DNA from: a bacterium
Lineage (GTDB): Bacteria; Patescibacteriota; Microgenomatia; Levybacterales; UBA12049
Direction: 5' to 3'
DNA length: 64,000 nucleotides
Assembly (NCBI GenBank): GCA_021824155.1
Contig: JAKALN010000001.1
Location: 15 to 64,014 of the forward strand
The notes under the pieces were generated by a model. It was not told the origin of the DNA. It saw nothing but the letters and a program-made list of their open reading frames with translations, and ran no database searches. A program made the position numbers and the translations under genes. Shown piece after piece: positions 1-9,361 of this stretch (its first letter is position 1; every line of letters starts with the position of its first letter).

Positions 1-280
1 TTTACCCACATATAAGACTTGAAACAGGTTTTGAATTAACAAAACTTGAGAGCAACAGAGACGAGTGGGAGTGAAACGGGCAATCCTACCTGCTGTAACC
101 TCCGAAAGATGCGATTATCCCGATTTAATCGGGATTGTAACCTGCTTTACGGGAGCATCAAAGTTTGAGGGCATCCCGATTATATCGGGACTATGTGACC
201 AAACATCACGATAGAGATAGATTGCAACTTATAATCCTGCAAGGGATTGAAACAGAATCTGGCTTATTGTCTTCCAAAGA
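1..280 (+). ncRNA. rnpB: RNase P RNA, 3' portion (5' end lies upstream of the window)
   Basis: Conserved RNase P segments in the expected order: GCAACAGAGACGAG (~52-65), GTGAAACGGGCAATCC (~71-86), AGATAGAT (~214-221) and the CR-V-like ACAGAATCTGGCTTA (252-266). 3' end approximate. Confidence 0.8.
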
Positions 281-287
281 ACTTTTT

Positions 288-1322
288 TTATTCCTCTTTT
301 TTTATTCCGTTTACTTTATCGAGAGAAAACTCAAGAAGTATTTTTAAAATACCCGCAATAGGCACTGCAAGAATTAATCCCAAAATTCCTGCTGTATGTT
401 CTCCGGCAACAACCGCGAATAGGATTACCAAAGGATGAAGTTTAGTAATTTTTCCCATAAAATAGGGGTTAACCACATAATCCTGAAGCTGTCTTACGAC
501 TGTGTAGGCTATAATTACTGCAATTGCCATTTGAAAAGATCCCAGTCCAAAATTTGAAGAACCCCCTACAAAAGCTACAAGAGCGGCAACAGAAGCTGCT
601 ACAATCGGACCTATGATAGGAACTATTTCAGCTAATCCTGAAAAAAGAGCCAGTATCAACGAAAACTTTACTCCTAAAATAGACAATGCTATAAACAATG
701 CTGCCGAAACAAGCAAAACCAGGAAAACTTGTCCTCTAAGATAACTGCCCAAGGTAACATTTATTTTTCTGAGTAAAATTTCAACATCAAATTTATATTC
801 GTTGGGAATAAAGTTAAGAAATTTATCTCTCATAGCTCTTCCTTCCTTAAGAAAATAAAATGCGGAAAAAAGGAAAATAATAAAACTCAAAATTCTGGAA
901 AATGCCTTTGGAAAAAAAGAAAAAATAGTAGGCGGAGAAAATACTTTATAACTTTCAAAAGAATACAAAGCCTCGTTAACTGTAGGCCTTATCCAATCGG
1001 GTAATACATTTATTTGCCGTTTTGCTTCATGATTTAATTGAGTCGCATATTGAGTAAGTTCCGAAGATTCATCAACAATCCTTTTTGTTAATGTTATCCC
1101 CCCTGCAATAACTACGGCAATAATAAGTACATAAATAATAATTATCGATACCGTACGGGGCAGTTTGATTTTATTAGAAAAAAAGTTAACAACCGGATTA
1201 AAAAGATAGGCAAATATTGCGGCAAGGATGAAAGGAGCTAATATGGCCCTCTCTATATATAAAAACCAAACGAGTGCAATACCTAAAGCTATAAAAAATG
1301 CCGTTCTAAGTCTAATCGTCAT
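288..1322 (-). CDS. AI-2E family (PerM-like) transporter
   Basis: 344 aa multi-TM protein; AYLFNPVV, IPIIGP-like segment, LHP..ILFAV..G...GILGLILAVP signature. Confidence 0.9.
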   Translation of the reverse strand: MTIRLRTAFFIALGIALVWFLYIERAILAPFILAAIFAYLFNPVVNFFSNKIKLPRTVSIIIIYVLIIAVVIAGGITLTKRIVDESSELTQYATQLNHEAKRQINVLPDWIRPTVNEALYSFESYKVFSPPTIFSFFPKAFSRILSFIIFLFSAFYFLKEGRAMRDKFLNFIPNEYKFDVEILLRKINVTLGSYLRGQVFLVLLVSAALFIALSILGVKFSLILALFSGLAEIVPIIGPIVAASVAALVAFVGGSSNFGLGSFQMAIAVIIAYTVVRQLQDYVVNPYFMGKITKLHPLVILFAVVAGEHTAGILGLILAVPIAGILKILLEFSLDKVNGIKKEE

Positions 1323-1360
1323 AAGAACTTCCTATATTATAGCAAAATACAGCCCTAAAA

Positions 1361-1633
1361 CTAACGGACTGCCTTTTTAAGAGTCTTACCGGGGGTAAAA
1401 CCCGGAGCTTTTCTTGCTTCGATTGTAATTTTTTCTCCTGTTTTTGGATTTCTTCCCGGCCTTGTTGCTCTTTTCCTGACACTGAAAGTTCCAAATCCGG
1501 TAATTACAACTTTTTCGCCTCTTTTGAGCGAGTCCCTAATTCCATTAAGGAAAGCGGAAACAGAATCTCTGGCTGCTTTGTTTGTAAGATTTGATTTTTT
1601 TGCAACTAATTCTATTAAATCTTTTTTTGTCAT
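1361..1633 (-). CDS. hup: DNA-binding protein HU
   Basis: MTKKDLIE...GFGTF...R.GRNPKTGE..I.A; start moved to ATG 1633, which has an AGGAGGT SD 7 nt upstream. Confidence 0.95.
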   Translation of the reverse strand: MTKKDLIELVAKKSNLTNKAARDSVSAFLNGIRDSLKRGEKVVITGFGTFSVRKRATRPGRNPKTGEKITIEARKAPGFTPGKTLKKAVR

Positions 1634-1740
1634 GCTATTCACCTCCTTTTATATTATTTTATGATTAGCTTAACAATACAATGTAATCGAATCATTTGTC
1701 AATACCCAAGAACTCCCGAATTCTTTATTTAAAACGTATT

Positions 1741-1901
1741 TTGCCATTTCGCTGATGAATATACTTGAAAACTTGAGTGAACGAATCAAGGGGAACCCGT
1801 AATGTACGGAGGGGGTGTTATCACCCGATGAGTGAACGAAAGTTTGAACGTATGAAGTGAGACTTGGCAAGAGCTTTTGGTTCTTTTTGCGGGAAAAAGA
1901 A
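1741..1901. repeat. branched palindromic intergenic element plus terminator-like hairpin
   Basis: TTGCCA(1741)/TGGCAA(1865) closing stem, direct repeat TGAGTGAACGAA at 1774 and 1829, hairpin TTCTTTTT-GCGGG-AAAAAGAA 1881-1901. Confidence 0.5.
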
Positions 1902-1909
1902 TAAAAAAT

Positions 1910-3172
1910 TTATGAGGAAAATTCCGAAGCTACTGCCCTAAATTCCCTGATTGCTGTTACTTTTATCTCTCCCGGAACTGCCTGGGATTTACTTAGCTCA
2001 TCCCTTATCTTTGCCGCAACTATAGTAGTTTGAGAATCATCAAGCTTTCCCGGATTTATTATAACCCTAAGCTCTCTTCCAGCCTCAAAAGCATATGCGT
2101 CTTCTACTCCATCATATTTTTTGGCAATTTCTTCCATATCCCTTAGCCTTTTACCGTATTCCTCAACGTCTTCGTATCTTGCTCCGGGTCTTGCTCCGGA
2201 AATAGAATCGGCAATATGAACAATAATAGATTCTATAGAAGAAAAAGGTATATCTTCATGATGTTCGGCGACGCAATTTACAATAGGGTCGGGAATATTG
2301 AATTTCTTCAAAAGCTCCACGCCTAATTTAACGTGGCTTCCTTCACCCTCGACAACTTTTCCGATATCATGAAAAAGGCATCCAAGCCTTACGACGTTTA
2401 CGTTTGCTCCCAGCTCTTCTGCAATATGCATTCCTATTTTCGCGTCTTCCAAAGTATGAACAATTAAATTCTGCCCATAAGAGGTCCTGAATTTGAATCT
2501 CCCCAAAACAGACAAGAGCTCGGGAGGTAAGTTAAACACTCCTACCTCATGGGCCAGTTTTTCGCCCTCTTCAAGCATTATTTTCTCTACTTCTTTTCTT
2601 GTCTGGATTACAATCTCTTCAATTCTAAACGGCTGGATACGTGTATCTTTTATTAAAAGCTCCAACGACCTTTTTGCCACTTCTCTTCTTACCTGGTCAA
2701 AAGATGAAAGTCTTATTACTCCTTCTTCATCCAGGTCAACGTCCACTCCTGTTGCCTGTTCAAAAGCTCTAATATTTCTTCCCTCTTTTCCTATTATTCT
2801 TCCCTTTAAATCTTCATCCGGAATTTTTACTTCAGAAACCGTATATTCTGCGATATAGTTAAGAGCACCATGCCTCATGCTGTCAACAAGAATTTCCCGC
2901 GCTTTTTTATCCGCGGTCAATTTTGCTTCCTCTTCCTTTTCTTTTATAAGTTTTGCAACTGTAGCTGATTCTTTATCTTCTATTTCTTTAAGAAGCTCTT
3001 TTTTTGCTTCTTCCGAGGTCATTCCCGAGGTCTTGGAAAGTTTTTCTCTATATTCTTCTTTAAGCTTAGATATCTCTTTTTCCTGCTTTTCGAGTTCTTC
3101 TTTTTGCCTGTCGATAGATTCCTGTTTTTCAAGGAGTTTTTTCTCGAGTGTTACTAAATCTTGATCTGACAT
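1910..3172 (-). CDS. rny: ribonuclease Y (no N-terminal TM anchor apparent)
   Basis: coiled coil, KH domain KGRIIGKEGRNIR, HD domain RTSYGQN...HDIGK, ADSISGARPGAR. Confidence 0.95.
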   Translation of the reverse strand: MSDQDLVTLEKKLLEKQESIDRQKEELEKQEKEISKLKEEYREKLSKTSGMTSEEAKKELLKEIEDKESATVAKLIKEKEEEAKLTADKKAREILVDSMRHGALNYIAEYTVSEVKIPDEDLKGRIIGKEGRNIRAFEQATGVDVDLDEEGVIRLSSFDQVRREVAKRSLELLIKDTRIQPFRIEEIVIQTRKEVEKIMLEEGEKLAHEVGVFNLPPELLSVLGRFKFRTSYGQNLIVHTLEDAKIGMHIAEELGANVNVVRLGCLFHDIGKVVEGEGSHVKLGVELLKKFNIPDPIVNCVAEHHEDIPFSSIESIIVHIADSISGARPGARYEDVEEYGKRLRDMEEIAKKYDGVEDAYAFEAGRELRVIINPGKLDDSQTTIVAAKIRDELSKSQAVPGEIKVTAIREFRAVASEFSS

Positions 3173-3304
3173 AATTTACGAGGACACATGAAAGCAGACT
3201 TATATTTTAAGCCTTTTTAAAAGTTTCTGAAGAAAAGTATTTAGCTTTTTCATAAAAACCGGTGTCCTATTCACATTTAATTATACTATCTGGACAGTGC
3301 CGCG

Positions 3305-3811
3305 TCAATCCCGACTTCGCAAAGATTCCGTCGAGGCGAGGACTTTTTTTACGGTTTCGTAATCAAATCCCTTAGAAACTAAATATCTTCCGAGTTTTTG
3401 AAAAATTTCCTGTTTCGTAAGACCTTTATATCTTGATATACGTTTCTCTGCTATTCTTACCGCCGCTTTTAAATCATTTTCTTCCTGAGCTTGGGGTTCC
3501 GGTTCAAAACTTTCAATAATCTCCCGAGAAATACCTTTTTGCCTTAACTCATATTTTATTATTCTCCATGGCTTTGGCTTTATTGAGTTTCTAGTTTCAA
3601 TCCAGATTTTTGCAAATTCCTCATCGTTTAGAAATTTATACTCTTTAAGCTTATCAATTATTTTTTTTGAGACCATGTCACTGACGTTTTTTTTAAAAAG
3701 ATAGTCTCTTATTTCTTTTTCGCTTCTTACTCTAAAAGAGAGAAACCGAAGAACTCTGTTGAGGTTTTTTTCAAAATCGTCACTGGGAATCGGTGATATC
3801 TTTTTCTTCAT
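3305..3811 (-). CDS. recX: regulatory protein RecX
   Basis: [29 protein letters not shown] motifs; overlaps the 3' end of recA; ATG 3811 preferred over TTG 3817. Confidence 0.9.
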   Translation of the reverse strand: MKKKISPIPSDDFEKNLNRVLRFLSFRVRSEKEIRDYLFKKNVSDMVSKKIIDKLKEYKFLNDEEFAKIWIETRNSIKPKPWRIIKYELRQKGISREIIESFEPEPQAQEENDLKAAVRIAEKRISRYKGLTKQEIFQKLGRYLVSKGFDYETVKKVLASTESLRSRD

Positions 3812-4880
3812 TTTCAACTCCTACTTCAACGGGCATCCCGGAAGTCTTGCTTTTTTTCATTATCTCGTCAACTATTTTTCTGGCAGTATCCGGTTTTTCC
3901 CGCAAAAATATTGCCGCCGCCTGTTTTCCCTGTCCCAGCATTAAATCACCGTACCTAAAAAATGCCCCTGATTTTTGAATAATTCCCATCTCAACTCCTA
4001 CATCCATAATACCGCCTTCCCTTGAAATTCCCGTATCTGCCATAACATCAAATTCGGCAATCCTAAAAGGAGACGAGACTTTATTTTTTACAATTTTTAC
4101 CCTATGCCTTGAACCTATTGCCTTATCCCCGTCCTTAATTGTTTCAATTTTCCTTATATCAATTCTGACAGTTGAATAAAATTTAAGGGCAAGTCCTCCT
4201 GTTGTTGTTTCGGGATTTCCAAACATTACTCCGATTTTCTGCCTTAACTGGTTGGTAAAAATTACAACAGTTTTGGATTTGGATATAACGCCGGTTAATT
4301 TTCTTAAAGCCTGGGACATAAGTCTTGCCTGAAGGCCCATCATAGAATCTCCCATTTCTCCTTCGATTTCTGCCCTTGGCACCAAAGCGGCAACAGAATC
4401 TATTACCAAAACATCGACTCCGCCGCTTCTTATTAAACTTTCTGCTATTTCTAAAGCCTGTTCGCCGGTATCGGGTTGGGAAATAAGAAGTTCGTCCAGT
4501 TTTACCCCTATTCTTTCCGCCCAAAGCGGATCAAGAGCATGCTCTGCGTCTATAAACGCTGCTACACCCCCATGTTTTTGCGCCTGTGCAATAATCGAAA
4601 GACAAACTGTTGTTTTTCCCGAAGCTTCAGGGCCGAAGATCTCTATGATTCTTCCCCTTGGCACTCCGCCTACTCCAAGAGCCAGGTCTAGAGGAAGACA
4701 GCCTGTTGAAATAACCGAAATATCTAATTTTGTTCCTGCTTCACCAAAGCGCATAATGGAACCTCGGCCGTACTGCTTTTCTATTTGTTCCATTGCCAGC
4801 TTTACCGCTTCCAGTTTTTGGGCACCCTCCGAAGGTTCGTTAGAAGTTTTTGGAGTATGAGAATTTCCTGCCCTTGCCAT
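3780..4880 (-). CDS. recA: recombinase RecA
   Basis: GPEASGKTT Walker [33 protein letters not shown]. Confidence 0.99.
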   Translation of the reverse strand: MARAGNSHTPKTSNEPSEGAQKLEAVKLAMEQIEKQYGRGSIMRFGEAGTKLDISVISTGCLPLDLALGVGGVPRGRIIEIFGPEASGKTTVCLSIIAQAQKHGGVAAFIDAEHALDPLWAERIGVKLDELLISQPDTGEQALEIAESLIRSGGVDVLVIDSVAALVPRAEIEGEMGDSMMGLQARLMSQALRKLTGVISKSKTVVIFTNQLRQKIGVMFGNPETTTGGLALKFYSTVRIDIRKIETIKDGDKAIGSRHRVKIVKNKVSSPFRIAEFDVMADTGISREGGIMDVGVEMGIIQKSGAFFRYGDLMLGQGKQAAAIFLREKPDTARKIVDEIMKKSKTSGMPVEVGVENEEKDITDSQ

Positions 4881-4889
4881 ATTAAAACC

Positions 4890-4918
4890 ATTCTAGTAAT
4901 TTTTAAGAATCAATGCAA
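4890..4918 (-). promoter_or_regulatory. sigma70-type promoter of recA
   Basis: TTGCAT-17 nt-TAGAAT, -10 box 9 nt from the ATG. Confidence 0.6.
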
Positions 4919-4975
4919 TAGGTCAAACTGTATAAGATTCCTCGTAAAATTCACTCTCAGATGATATAATACTAA

Positions 4976-5078
4976 ACACGGTTTCAGGGTAAGATAAAAC
5001 AAAATCGCTGACTCAGGAGTTCCGATTTTGTTAACCTTAAAAGGAAATCGTTGGGAAAAACCGTGAGGTTTGTCCCAC
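4976..5078 (+). ncRNA. candidate structured RNA / leader upstream of tRNA-Pro
   Basis: Follows TGATATAAT (4962-4970); perfect 10-bp stem 4998-5007/5023-5032 with outer stems, then GNRA-capped hairpin 5053-5076. Confidence 0.5.
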
Positions 5079-5081
5079 TTG

Positions 5082-5152
5082 CGGGGTGTAGTTTATCGGT
5101 AGAATGCGCGCATGGGGTGCGTGTGGACTGAGTTCAATTCTCAGCACCCCGA
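5082..5152 (+). tRNA. tRNA-Pro(GGG)
   Basis: Acceptor stem CGGGGTG/CACCCCG, anticodon stem CGCGC/GCGTG with loop ATGGGGT, T arm CTGAG-TTCAATT-CTCAG; CCA not encoded. Confidence 0.93.
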
Positions 5153-5158
5153 CATAAT

Positions 5159-6223
5159 ATGTACGATTTAAGAGAGTTCAAACAGGTATTTGACCCGATA
5201 CTTAAAAGCTTCATAGAACAAAGGCTTAAAAAGTTTTCCTCAAATTCTTCCGACCCGTTTATAAAAGACTTTCTTTCATATTCTGAAAAGTTAACAATGG
5301 CCGGGGGCAAAAGAATAAGGCCTTATATAGCATATGTTATGTACTCTGCAAATGGGGGAAAAGACGTAGAAAACGCTCTTAAACTTTTTGTGTCCTTGGA
5401 AATCTTCCACAATTTTGCGCTTATTCACGACGATATAATGGACAAACAATATAAAAGGCACGGTGTTGATACTATCCCCGCTTATGTTCTTAAAAAACTA
5501 AATGAAGCCGGAAGGATAGGAGATTTGGAAAATGTCGCCAACGCTCAAGGAATACTTACGGGAGACTTATTTTTTTCATGGGCCCTTGAACTATTTTTAG
5601 GAAATTCTAATTTTCCCCATAAAAATATAACCAAAGCCCAGGATTATTTTTATAAAATGGTTGACGAAGTATGTTTGGGTCAAATACTTGATATAGATGT
5701 AACCACAAGGGAAAACGTAAGCGAAGACTTTATTATTGAAAAAACAAGGTTAAAAACTTCAAGGTACACTTTTGTGCGGCCCATGCAAATAGGGGCCCAT
5801 CTGGCAGACCCCGAAAATAACATGGATGATTTTTGCGAAGATTTAGGGACAAAGCTTGGCATTGCCTTCCAAATGCAGGATGATTTACTCGATATTATAG
5901 GAAACCCTAAAATCCTTGAAAAAAATATTTTGCGTGACATTGCCGACAGACAGCACACTTTTTTTACAAATTACGTTTTTCAAAACGGAACAGAAGAACA
6001 AAAAAATAAACTCTTAAGCTATTTCGGAAAAGAATTAAATACCCAAGAAGGAAATGAAGTAATTAAAATTTTTAATGATTCGGGTTCAATTAACGAAGGA
6101 AAGAGAGAAATATTAGACAACTTAAACCGGGCAAAAGAAATCATTAAAAAATCAACCCTTGGAAAAGAACACAAAAAAATTTGTCTGTCTTTGGTTTCGG
6201 TAATGGAGCAAAGGCAGCATTAG
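5159..6223 (+). CDS. polyprenyl diphosphate synthase (IspA/GGPP synthase family)
   Basis: GGKRIRP, first Asp-rich motif LIHDDIMD...R, GQILD, KT, second motif FQMQDDLLD. Confidence 0.93.
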   Translation: MYDLREFKQVFDPILKSFIEQRLKKFSSNSSDPFIKDFLSYSEKLTMAGGKRIRPYIAYVMYSANGGKDVENALKLFVSLEIFHNFALIHDDIMDKQYKRHGVDTIPAYVLKKLNEAGRIGDLENVANAQGILTGDLFFSWALELFLGNSNFPHKNITKAQDYFYKMVDEVCLGQILDIDVTTRENVSEDFIIEKTRLKTSRYTFVRPMQIGAHLADPENNMDDFCEDLGTKLGIAFQMQDDLLDIIGNPKILEKNILRDIADRQHTFFTNYVFQNGTEEQKNKLLSYFGKELNTQEGNEVIKIFNDSGSINEGKREILDNLNRAKEIIKKSTLGKEHKKICLSLVSVMEQRQH

Positions 6224-6260
6224 CCTTCAGCCTCGTTTTTTGGTATAATTTGAGTTCCTT

Positions 6261-7331
6261 ATGAGCCGTCTGGCAGAAAGATTCCAACAAAGACCCCTTG
6301 CGCCCGAAAAGCTATCGCCTTTCCCTGTTGAAGAATTGGTTGTTGCAGGAGATCTGGGTCCTTGCGGAGGAGTAAGAATGGCAATTAGTGTTACAAAAGA
6401 CATACTGGACTATGTCGGAGGGCGTGAGAAGGTATATGCAAATAACCAGCCTGTTCATAATAGACTGGTAACCGAAACTTTTGCGGGACAAGGCTTGGTA
6501 ATTGAACCCGATATTAATAATATTCCTGCAAATTCTATTTGGATTTTATCGGCGCACGGAACAGACCCGCATATTGTTGAAAAAGCTAAAGAAAAAGGAA
6601 TACATGTTGTAAACGTTGAATGTCCGCTTGTAACAAAAGTAAGAAGAGAAGCTCAAAGAGCCGAAGAACGCGGAGAACATTTAATCTACAGAGGAGCTCA
6701 AAATCATCCGGAACCGAAAGCTATCTTAGGCGGCTTAAACGATATTAACCATGCTACTTTTATAACCGATACAACAGACCCTAATTCCCTTACCCTGCCA
6801 AAAAATGTTCCCATTAGAGTTCTTAATCAAACAACTCTTTCGATAAGAGGAGTAGCAGAAGAAATAGATAGTTTAAGGAGCTTAAATCCCGATATTGACC
6901 TTCCTAATCCTATGGGAATATGCTATGCAACCGACAATAGACAGGATTCTTTATATGGTATGTTCTCCGACTTGGAAAACCCAATAGATTTTTTAATAGT
7001 AGTAGGCTCCCAAAACAGTCATAATTCCCAAGAACTAAGAAATATTGGAGTAAACTTTTTAGGACCCCAAAATGCGGTTTTAATAGACACTCCTTTGGAT
7101 ATTGATGCCGGTTGGTTTAAGGGAGCTAAAAGGGTGGGATTAACTTCGGGAGCGTCCGTACTTGATGAGTATACGGTAAATGTTTTAGAATGGTTTAGAG
7201 CAAAAGGAACAAAGCTTACGTTTTTAGTGGGGAGAGAAAATGACCAAAGATATGATGGACTGACTTTTGCTGCTCCGAAAACCGAGATTGAAAAGGTAAA
7301 AAGGTATATCGATTTAAAATACGCCGTATGA
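6261..7331 (+). CDS. ispH: 4-hydroxy-3-methylbut-2-enyl diphosphate reductase
   Basis: Three Fe-S Cys (PCGGV, ECPLV, ICYAT.NRQ), VHN, SAHG, HPE, NQTT, VGS.NS.NS, GLTSGAS. Confidence 0.95.
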   Translation: MSRLAERFQQRPLAPEKLSPFPVEELVVAGDLGPCGGVRMAISVTKDILDYVGGREKVYANNQPVHNRLVTETFAGQGLVIEPDINNIPANSIWILSAHGTDPHIVEKAKEKGIHVVNVECPLVTKVRREAQRAEERGEHLIYRGAQNHPEPKAILGGLNDINHATFITDTTDPNSLTLPKNVPIRVLNQTTLSIRGVAEEIDSLRSLNPDIDLPNPMGICYATDNRQDSLYGMFSDLENPIDFLIVVGSQNSHNSQELRNIGVNFLGPQNAVLIDTPLDIDAGWFKGAKRVGLTSGASVLDEYTVNVLEWFRAKGTKLTFLVGRENDQRYDGLTFAAPKTEIEKVKRYIDLKYAV

Positions 7332-7870
7332 ACAATTACTATAAACAAAAACAAATAATTGCAAGGGTGGATAAAAAGGGAAATGTCATTGGTAAAATTG
7401 AAAAATGGGATGCACACAAAAAAGGAGTTTTACACAAAGCCTTAACCGTTGCCTTAATTTACAAAGATAAACTTATCCTTCAGCATAGGAAACATCCGGC
7501 TTTTGACGGAGTATTTGATTTTACATCTTCTTCGCACCAGCTATTTATAAACGGGAAGCTCCAGACTACTATTGATGCTACTTACGACACTCTAAAAAGA
7601 GAATGGAACCTTACAAAAAAAGATTTGGCTTATCGGCCTAAGAATGAAGGGTCAATTTATTATAAAGCAAAAGACCCCAACAGCATTTACACCGAACACG
7701 AAATATGCGAGATTCTAATAACCGAAGTGAAAAAACTACCTGTTCCAAATTACGATTTTGCCTACGGGTATTCTCTTGTAACTAAAGAACAACTATTGAA
7801 TAAGAAATCAAAAGTTTACCAAAACCTTGCTCCTTGGGTTAAAAAAATGATTGAAAAAAAGATGGTGTAG
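7328..7870 (+). CDS. idi: type 1 isopentenyl-diphosphate delta-isomerase-like Nudix protein
   Basis: K.DAH...G.LHKA, LQ.R, EHE, LAPW motifs; catalytic Cys position appears to be Ser (FTSSSHQ). Confidence 0.8.
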   Translation: MNNYYKQKQIIARVDKKGNVIGKIEKWDAHKKGVLHKALTVALIYKDKLILQHRKHPAFDGVFDFTSSSHQLFINGKLQTTIDATYDTLKREWNLTKKDLAYRPKNEGSIYYKAKDPNSIYTEHEICEILITEVKKLPVPNYDFAYGYSLVTKEQLLNKKSKVYQNLAPWVKKMIEKKMV

Positions 7871-7873
7871 TGT

Positions 7874-8338
7874 TTACCTTTTTGGTGATTGTCTCTTTCG
7901 CCTTGCTTTTCCGCCCATTCCGACTTTCCTTCTTTCTCTTACTCTTGCATCCCTTGTAAGAAAACCTCTTTTCTTAAGAATTTGCCTGTTTTTTAAATCC
8001 ATTAAAGAAAGCGCTCTTGAAATAGCATGAATTGCCGCATCGAGCTGTCCGCTTTTGCCTCCTCCAATAATTCTGAAAGTTAGAGTAAACTTATCTAAAT
8101 TATTTGTAAGCTTAAAGGGTTCCAAATATTTAGCTGTCGCAGTTTCCCCGCTGAAATATTCTTCTATTTTTTTATTATTTACATACATTTCACCCTTTTT
8201 AACTTCTTGTCCTGCAACCGATAAACCGCTTTTTAAAGTTTGATAAAGCCTCAGTCTTGCAACCGATTCCTTATGTTTGCCTACGGCAAAAATATAATCT
8301 TTTTTAGGATTTTGTCTTTCGTCTGCTACTTCAGCCAT
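7874..8338 (-). CDS. rpsI: 30S ribosomal protein uS9
   Basis: GGGKSGQ, LTRDAR..ERRK.G...AR...QSPKR. Confidence 0.97.
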   Translation of the reverse strand: MAEVADERQNPKKDYIFAVGKHKESVARLRLYQTLKSGLSVAGQEVKKGEMYVNNKKIEEYFSGETATAKYLEPFKLTNNLDKFTLTFRIIGGGKSGQLDAAIHAISRALSLMDLKNRQILKKRGFLTRDARVRERRKVGMGGKARRKRQSPKR

Positions 8339-8773
8339 TTAGTTTTGGTCCCCTTTCTCAAATTTATTCTCAAACTTATGAACTTCTGTGCCAAAAACAA
8401 AAAGTCTTTTAAGCATTGCGTCTCTTAGTCTGTTTTGCGGTAGCATTCCTTTGACCGCTTCTTTTATTATCTCTTCGGGTTTTCTCTTTCTCAAATCAAT
8501 TAATCTCTCTGCCTTAAATCCTCCAGGATATCCAGAATGCCTATAATAATTTTTTAATAATTCTTTTTTTCCCGTTACTTTAACTTCTTTTGCATTTATT
8601 ACAACAACGTTATCCCCGCAATCCATGTTTTTTACAAAATAGGGCTTTGATTTTCCCATAAGAAGGTTTGCAATCTTCGTTGCTTCCCTTCCCAGAATTT
8701 TCTCCTTGACGTCTATTAAATGCCATTCTCTCTTAACATCCGAGACCTTCGTTGCCTTTGTCTGTTTATTCAT
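8339..8773 (-). CDS. rplM: 50S ribosomal protein uL13
   Basis: REWHLID, LGR.AT.IA..LMGK.KP, HSGYPGG, AVKGMLP. Confidence 0.97.
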   Translation of the reverse strand: MNKQTKATKVSDVKREWHLIDVKEKILGREATKIANLLMGKSKPYFVKNMDCGDNVVVINAKEVKVTGKKELLKNYYRHSGYPGGFKAERLIDLRKRKPEEIIKEAVKGMLPQNRLRDAMLKRLFVFGTEVHKFENKFEKGDQN

Positions 8774-9249
8774 TTTTTCTTAGTCTCCTTTTTGGTTTTT
8801 TGTACAGGAGCTTTTCTTACCGGCTTTTTTGCTTTTATATCCGGATTAACCTTTGCCGGCTTTGTCTTTTTTGGTTCCTGGGCCAAAACAGCTTTTGGAG
8901 CCTCAGACCATTCAATTAAAACCATTGTTGAATCGTCACCGAACCTTTTGCCAAGCCTTACTGTTTTTGTATATCCTCCCTGTCTTTTATCAAATCGTGT
9001 TGCTACATCTTTAATCATTTTATCTAAAGCCAGCGGGGATAGTTTCGATGACAATAGCCTTCTGGCTAAAACATCATCTTTTTTTGCTCTCGTAACCAAT
9101 TTATCTACCTCCGCTTTTATAGCCTTTGCCTTTGCTTCTGTTGTTTCTATTTTTTCGTTTAGAACAAGCGAGGACATAAGCCCTTTAAAAAGCGCTTTTC
9201 TTTCATCTACGTCTCTTTTTAATTGTCTGCCAAAAACATTTTTTCTCAT
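8770..9249 (-). CDS. rplQ: 50S ribosomal protein bL17 with Lys-rich C-terminal tail
   Basis: I.TTEAKAK, R.GGYT...LGKR.GD. Confidence 0.96.
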   Translation of the reverse strand: MRKNVFGRQLKRDVDERKALFKGLMSSLVLNEKIETTEAKAKAIKAEVDKLVTRAKKDDVLARRLLSSKLSPLALDKMIKDVATRFDKRQGGYTKTVRLGKRFGDDSTMVLIEWSEAPKAVLAQEPKKTKPAKVNPDIKAKKPVRKAPVQKTKKETKKK

Positions 9250-9360
9250 AAATTTAAAAAAATCCTAATTAAAAATCCCAAATTCCAAATAAATTCAAAA
9301 TTCGAATTTTGGAAATTAGAAAATTATTTAGGATTTAAGCTTTAGAATTCGGAATTTATT
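9250..9360. repeat. heptamer-periodic imperfect palindrome (rpoA-rplQ spacer)
   Basis: left arm AATCCTA/AATCCCA/AATTCCA/AATTCAA/AATTCGA, right arm TTTTGGA/AATTAGA/TTTAGGA/TTTAAGC/TTTAGAA/TTCGGAA. Confidence 0.7.
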
Positions 9361-9361
9361 C

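Noticed and set aside
165-438. Short plus-strand ORFs
   Set aside because: They overlap RNase P RNA and the antisense of the AI-2E gene.
4976-5078. SRP RNA or a second tRNA
   Set aside because: Lacks the SRP helix-8 internal loop consensus and a cloverleaf/T-loop; kept only as an unassigned structured RNA.
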